DNA from: Chrysomallon squamiferum
Taxonomy: Eukaryota > Animalia > Mollusca
Direction: 5' to 3'
Assembly: GCA_012295275.1 (NCBI GenBank)
Contig: CM022667.1
Location: forward strand, 20,026,001 to 20,090,000
DNA: 64,000 bases
Shown here piece by piece: positions 60,151 through 64,000 of this stretch. The position numbers were made by a program, and so were the translations under genes. The notes beneath the pieces are model-generated. The model searched no databases. It had not been told where the DNA came from and saw only the letters and a list, made by a program, of their open reading frames with translations. The number at the start of each line of letters is the position of its first letter. Within the stretch, counting starts at the first letter, position 1.

Positions 60151-61785
60151 CTCCATTTATGCAAAGTTTAGTAAGAATATTAATTTATTGTCAAACTTTG
60201 TTACGAGAGATGGCAGGTCAACCAAACCAGATAAAATAATTTCTTAGTATTTGTTATTTATCATTTATTCAAACGATGTGGGTGCATTTTAATGTATTTT
60301 ATAATTTATTCTTGGAGGACTTCTTAAACACTTTATTCAGTTTTAAAAGCTTTTTCTAAAATAAATCGATATAGAATATTATTTTCCTTAGAATTCTTTT
60401 TAGCTGAAAACTATAATAATAGAAATTTATTGTAAATTAGTTTAAGTTTCTTTGTAAATAATCAAACAGGGTATGACACAAACGGGAAATAACTTCAGTG
60501 TGCACAAGTAAACTGTGTCAAGTAAAACTGCAACACACCTGTCTGACAGCTGCTGTCCACATCACAGGTGGTGTACACTTACGTTTATTTTCCTTTCTTA
60601 AAGACTATTTCAGATTTCATATTAGAAATATACAGGACGCGTTTTATTCTGAACATTTAACTTTTATTCTTCACTCTGAACACTTGAGGAATAAGCTGAA
60701 GGTATTTTATTAGTAATATAAATAATTTAATTTTTTACTGATAATTAAATAATTGTAAAATGCAGATAAATAATTGTTTATCCTCTTCGTAAACTGATAT
60801 AAAAATGAGGCCGAGATAATAAATAATCAGTTTTGACTAAGTAGCGTATAATTATAGCAATTCATTATCATGTAGTTTTCTTGCATTTTCTGATTTTGTC
60901 TAATTAAGAAAAGGATACATTGTTCTGTTTTTCGATTATCACCTTGGGTATATTCCAGATCTTTAATCAGGTAATCTGTGTACCAATAAACAAGGAAAGT
61001 ATCTTTTTTCTTCGACTTTTATTTTATTTTTATTTTTTCGTCATTTTAAAAAAATTTAAATTTATTTTTAAGTGAAAAAAATCGATAGATAATGATATTA
61101 GTTTGCGATATTAAGTGCTACAAAATATAAAGCCAATAACATATTTAAATACAGATTTCATTAAAATAAATTTTGTATGAATTATCTTTATCACAATGGC
61201 AAAAATTAAAAACAAAAGAAAAAGAAACAAAGCTTAACTGTTTTCATGTCCTACATTTCTCGTTCTTTTGAACTTGCATACATTTTTCGCTAATATCGAA
61301 ACAGCCTATAATTCAGGTTTCAGTTCGTTCTCGACAATATCCGGGAATTATGGGTAAGTCTAGCCAGATGTTCAAACATGGCGGCATGCAGAATGGATTA
61401 TCGTGGGGATTCCCTCTGTCAGAGTTCACTTCGATCTAGCATGGTGTAAAACCTTTCATTTAGTGAAATTTACTAGGATACTGGAAAAAATATACAATCA
61501 ATACCTGTGATATTCTTACAGATGTGGACAGAATATTTTTTATTTTATTAAAAGGATTAATTTTTTTCATTTCAAAACAATGAAAAGCGACCGAGACATC
61601 AGATAAAGCATTAACAAACAGTTGTGACTCACGGGGATTCCTCGCAACTTGGAGATAGCGAGGGAACGCGCATGGATTTTGTCATTTGTCTATGTTTGGA
61701 CAAAGGTAACCATTATACATAATTGTTGTTGTCTATGAAGAAATGTGAAACAAAGTGATTTACAAAACATTAAAAACAAAAGAAA

Positions 61786-63877
61786 ATGCCAAATAAGGGC
61801 GTCTGTTTTGTTTGTGGCAGTTTAGGCGGAGAATTTTCTTTGCAGACGAAAGCCATAAACAAAGGACCACATTTTCCCTTTTTGGAACACCACGATCCTC
61901 CAAAGGGATCTCGTTTGCCAGGTCCTGATGGCATTGTTGACAGTTGCAGAGTGTGTTTCTCTTTCTTAACTCAGCAGTGGGAGGCCTATGAAAGAAATAA
62001 AACACCAGCAGTTCAAAAGACTTTATTGGTTGAAACGATCAGACAATGGCCATTTTACTGGAGCTGAAATGAAATTACAAGGAGAATATATGGCGCAGGT
62101 TATGGGTTTACAGTATCAAACTGGAAATGATACTGGTTATTCAGCCATATCCCCAGTAGAATCACGTTCAAATTACTCCAGAGATGGATATTCTCATTCA
62201 GCTGCCAATGTAACAGTTACTGAGGATACAAGACCAAAATCGGTGGGAGCTGATGGTGTATTGGATCTTTCCTTACCACCAGCAAAACATTCAACAGATA
62301 AAATGCAAACCACTAAAAGCAGGCATAATAATAAAGATGTTTTCATTTGTTTTACATGCTCATCAGAGACAGTGAATTCATCCTGTAAAATTATTTCATC
62401 AGTGAAACATTCAGATGGTATTCCATATTATCCATTTCTGGAAAAAATTACTCCACCTAAAGGCTCTATGCCTCTCAGTGAAAAAGGTATAGCAAGAGTT
62501 TGTGAACAGTGTTTTTTAATATTGTACCATCAGTGGGTTTCATATGAACAAATTGGCACTCCACCACCATCTAGAATTTACAACATTAGAGATGCTTTTG
62601 GTTCTAGTACAAACAGATCTACCATATCTGCCAGACAAAGTAATGAGAAAAGTAAAAAGGGTATTTATGAAGTATGTTACTTGTGTGGCCAGTCATACTC
62701 TATAACGATGATAAAGCCTCTTTATACAATCCCATCAGCAGACAATAAATCACACATGTATTTTCCATTTGTCAGAGAATTAAGGAGGCCACAAGGATCA
62801 CAGCCTTTGAATCCTGATGGTACAGTTTTAGTTTGTAACAACTGTCATAGCAATCTAAAGAGTCAGTGGAATTTATATGAATCTGAAAATATTTCCTTTC
62901 TACAGCGAAGATATTCCCTTCTCCCAGTTGATGGAACTCTTGCCACTAACACTAAAACCCCTGTTGCAGTAAATATAGAAAAACATAAATTACCAAATGC
63001 TGAAGAAAGTCAATCACAACCTTGCTTGGAATCTGATGTGAGCATTACAGAACCATTGAACATACAGATCAGCAAAAGTCCTTTGCCCTCAAGTCAGACT
63101 AATGCCCAAGGATTATTAGCAATAGCACAACCTTTAGTTAAGACTGAAGAACCAGACAGTACTTCACTGCAGACAAATGTATCACTGTCATCCAGCCAGA
63201 GTGTCAATAGTATCTTGGCAGCAAGAGTTTTAGAACATCATCGTTACCTTTCAGAAGGAAAAAATGGGAATACTGCAACAATTCCACATCCTTTACAGCA
63301 TGCTGGGGCTTTGCCAAAAAGTGTTTGTTTTGTTTGTGGAGAAAATACATTGCTCAATCAAGCTCAGACTTTATGTTCATACCCAACACGTCATGACACT
63401 AAACTTCCTAACAGTCAAGCTGCTCCATTTTTCCCGTTTCTGGTTAATCGAGATCCAGCACCTGGTGCAGAACCAATGGCAGATGATGGAACAGTCATAT
63501 CTTGCTCATATTGTTTCTACAGCTTGCTCAACCAGTGGAAAATGTATGAAGAATCAAAAGATCCTGATGACCACAAACGATGGGTTAGAAAATACACTGT
63601 TGGGGAATTTGTTTGCTATGTTTGCAGTAGACCAGTATCTCGAAAGAACTTGAGGAATCTGGAAGTAAAAAAATTTTCATTTCTGAAAGAACATCCTGTT
63701 CCAAAAGGTGCAATTGTCATCAATGATGGAGAAAATGTTGTAGTCTGTCAGTCCTGCCACTTCAGTCTTGGACACCAGTTGGCAGAGTACGAGAGGTTAG
63801 GACTGCCATATGACCTGCACAAGTACAACTGGAATCAGCAACCATCATTAGGTGTTGATGAAATCTGCAGGGATCAG
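61786..63877 (+). CDS. GSE1/Plexus-like nuclear protein, large first coding exon with five Cys4 repeats; +1 frame break at ~62012; continues beyond the right edge
   Basis: ORFs 61786..62067 and 61988..63883 join into one protein at 62011-62015. Five repeats CxxC..FPFL..PxG..G..CxxC..L..QW..YE..R.Y and a VLDLS motif; donor CAG|GTATAA after 63877. The family name rests on recall of Drosophila Plexus / long GSE1 isoform repeats and on synteny, not a search. Confidence 0.72.
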
Positions 63878-64000
63878 GTATAAAAACGTAAAATTTCCCA
63901 AAAAATTATTTCCTTTTTTCAAGCTTTAATCACTTTATAGAGTTTTATTCTTCATAAAGAAACAGTATTCAAATGTGCACGACAAGCATGATAAAAATTA

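Noticed and set aside
63264-63653. 129-aa alternate-frame ORF nested in the GSE1-like exon
   Set aside because: No recognisable features; typical shadow ORF of a long coding exon.

Overview
AT-rich, intron-rich animal genomic DNA with CpG-depleted gene bodies, CpG-retaining promoters and many microsatellites. It is probably a gastropod mollusc; this is inferred from SINE remnants and is not certain. Seven protein-coding genes were reconstructed by hand from GT-AG exons: spire (first coding exon only, minus), VAP (7 exons, minus), CFAP418/C8orf37 (6 exons, plus), eIF6 (7 exons, minus), CPSF1 (38 coding exons, minus), AHCY (9 exons, plus) and a GSE1/Plexus-like protein (one 2.1-kb exon with five Cys4 repeats, plus, running off the window). 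VAP/CFAP418 and CPSF1/AHCY are head-to-head pairs. Most ORF-track entries are spurious microsatellite or intron ORFs. Points most worth checking: the five-copy CxxC..FPFL..CxxC..QW..YE module and the +1 frame break after its first copy; a second 1-nt frame break in CPSF1, which suggests assembly indels; ~60-75-bp same-orientation copies of exon or 3'UTR sequence in introns ~0.9 kb upstream, one forming a cryptic 57-nt exon; and apparent ancient linkage of all seven genes. No prokaryotic-type system, CRISPR, rRNA or tRNA was seen, and I cannot claim a clearly new biological system from the sequence alone.
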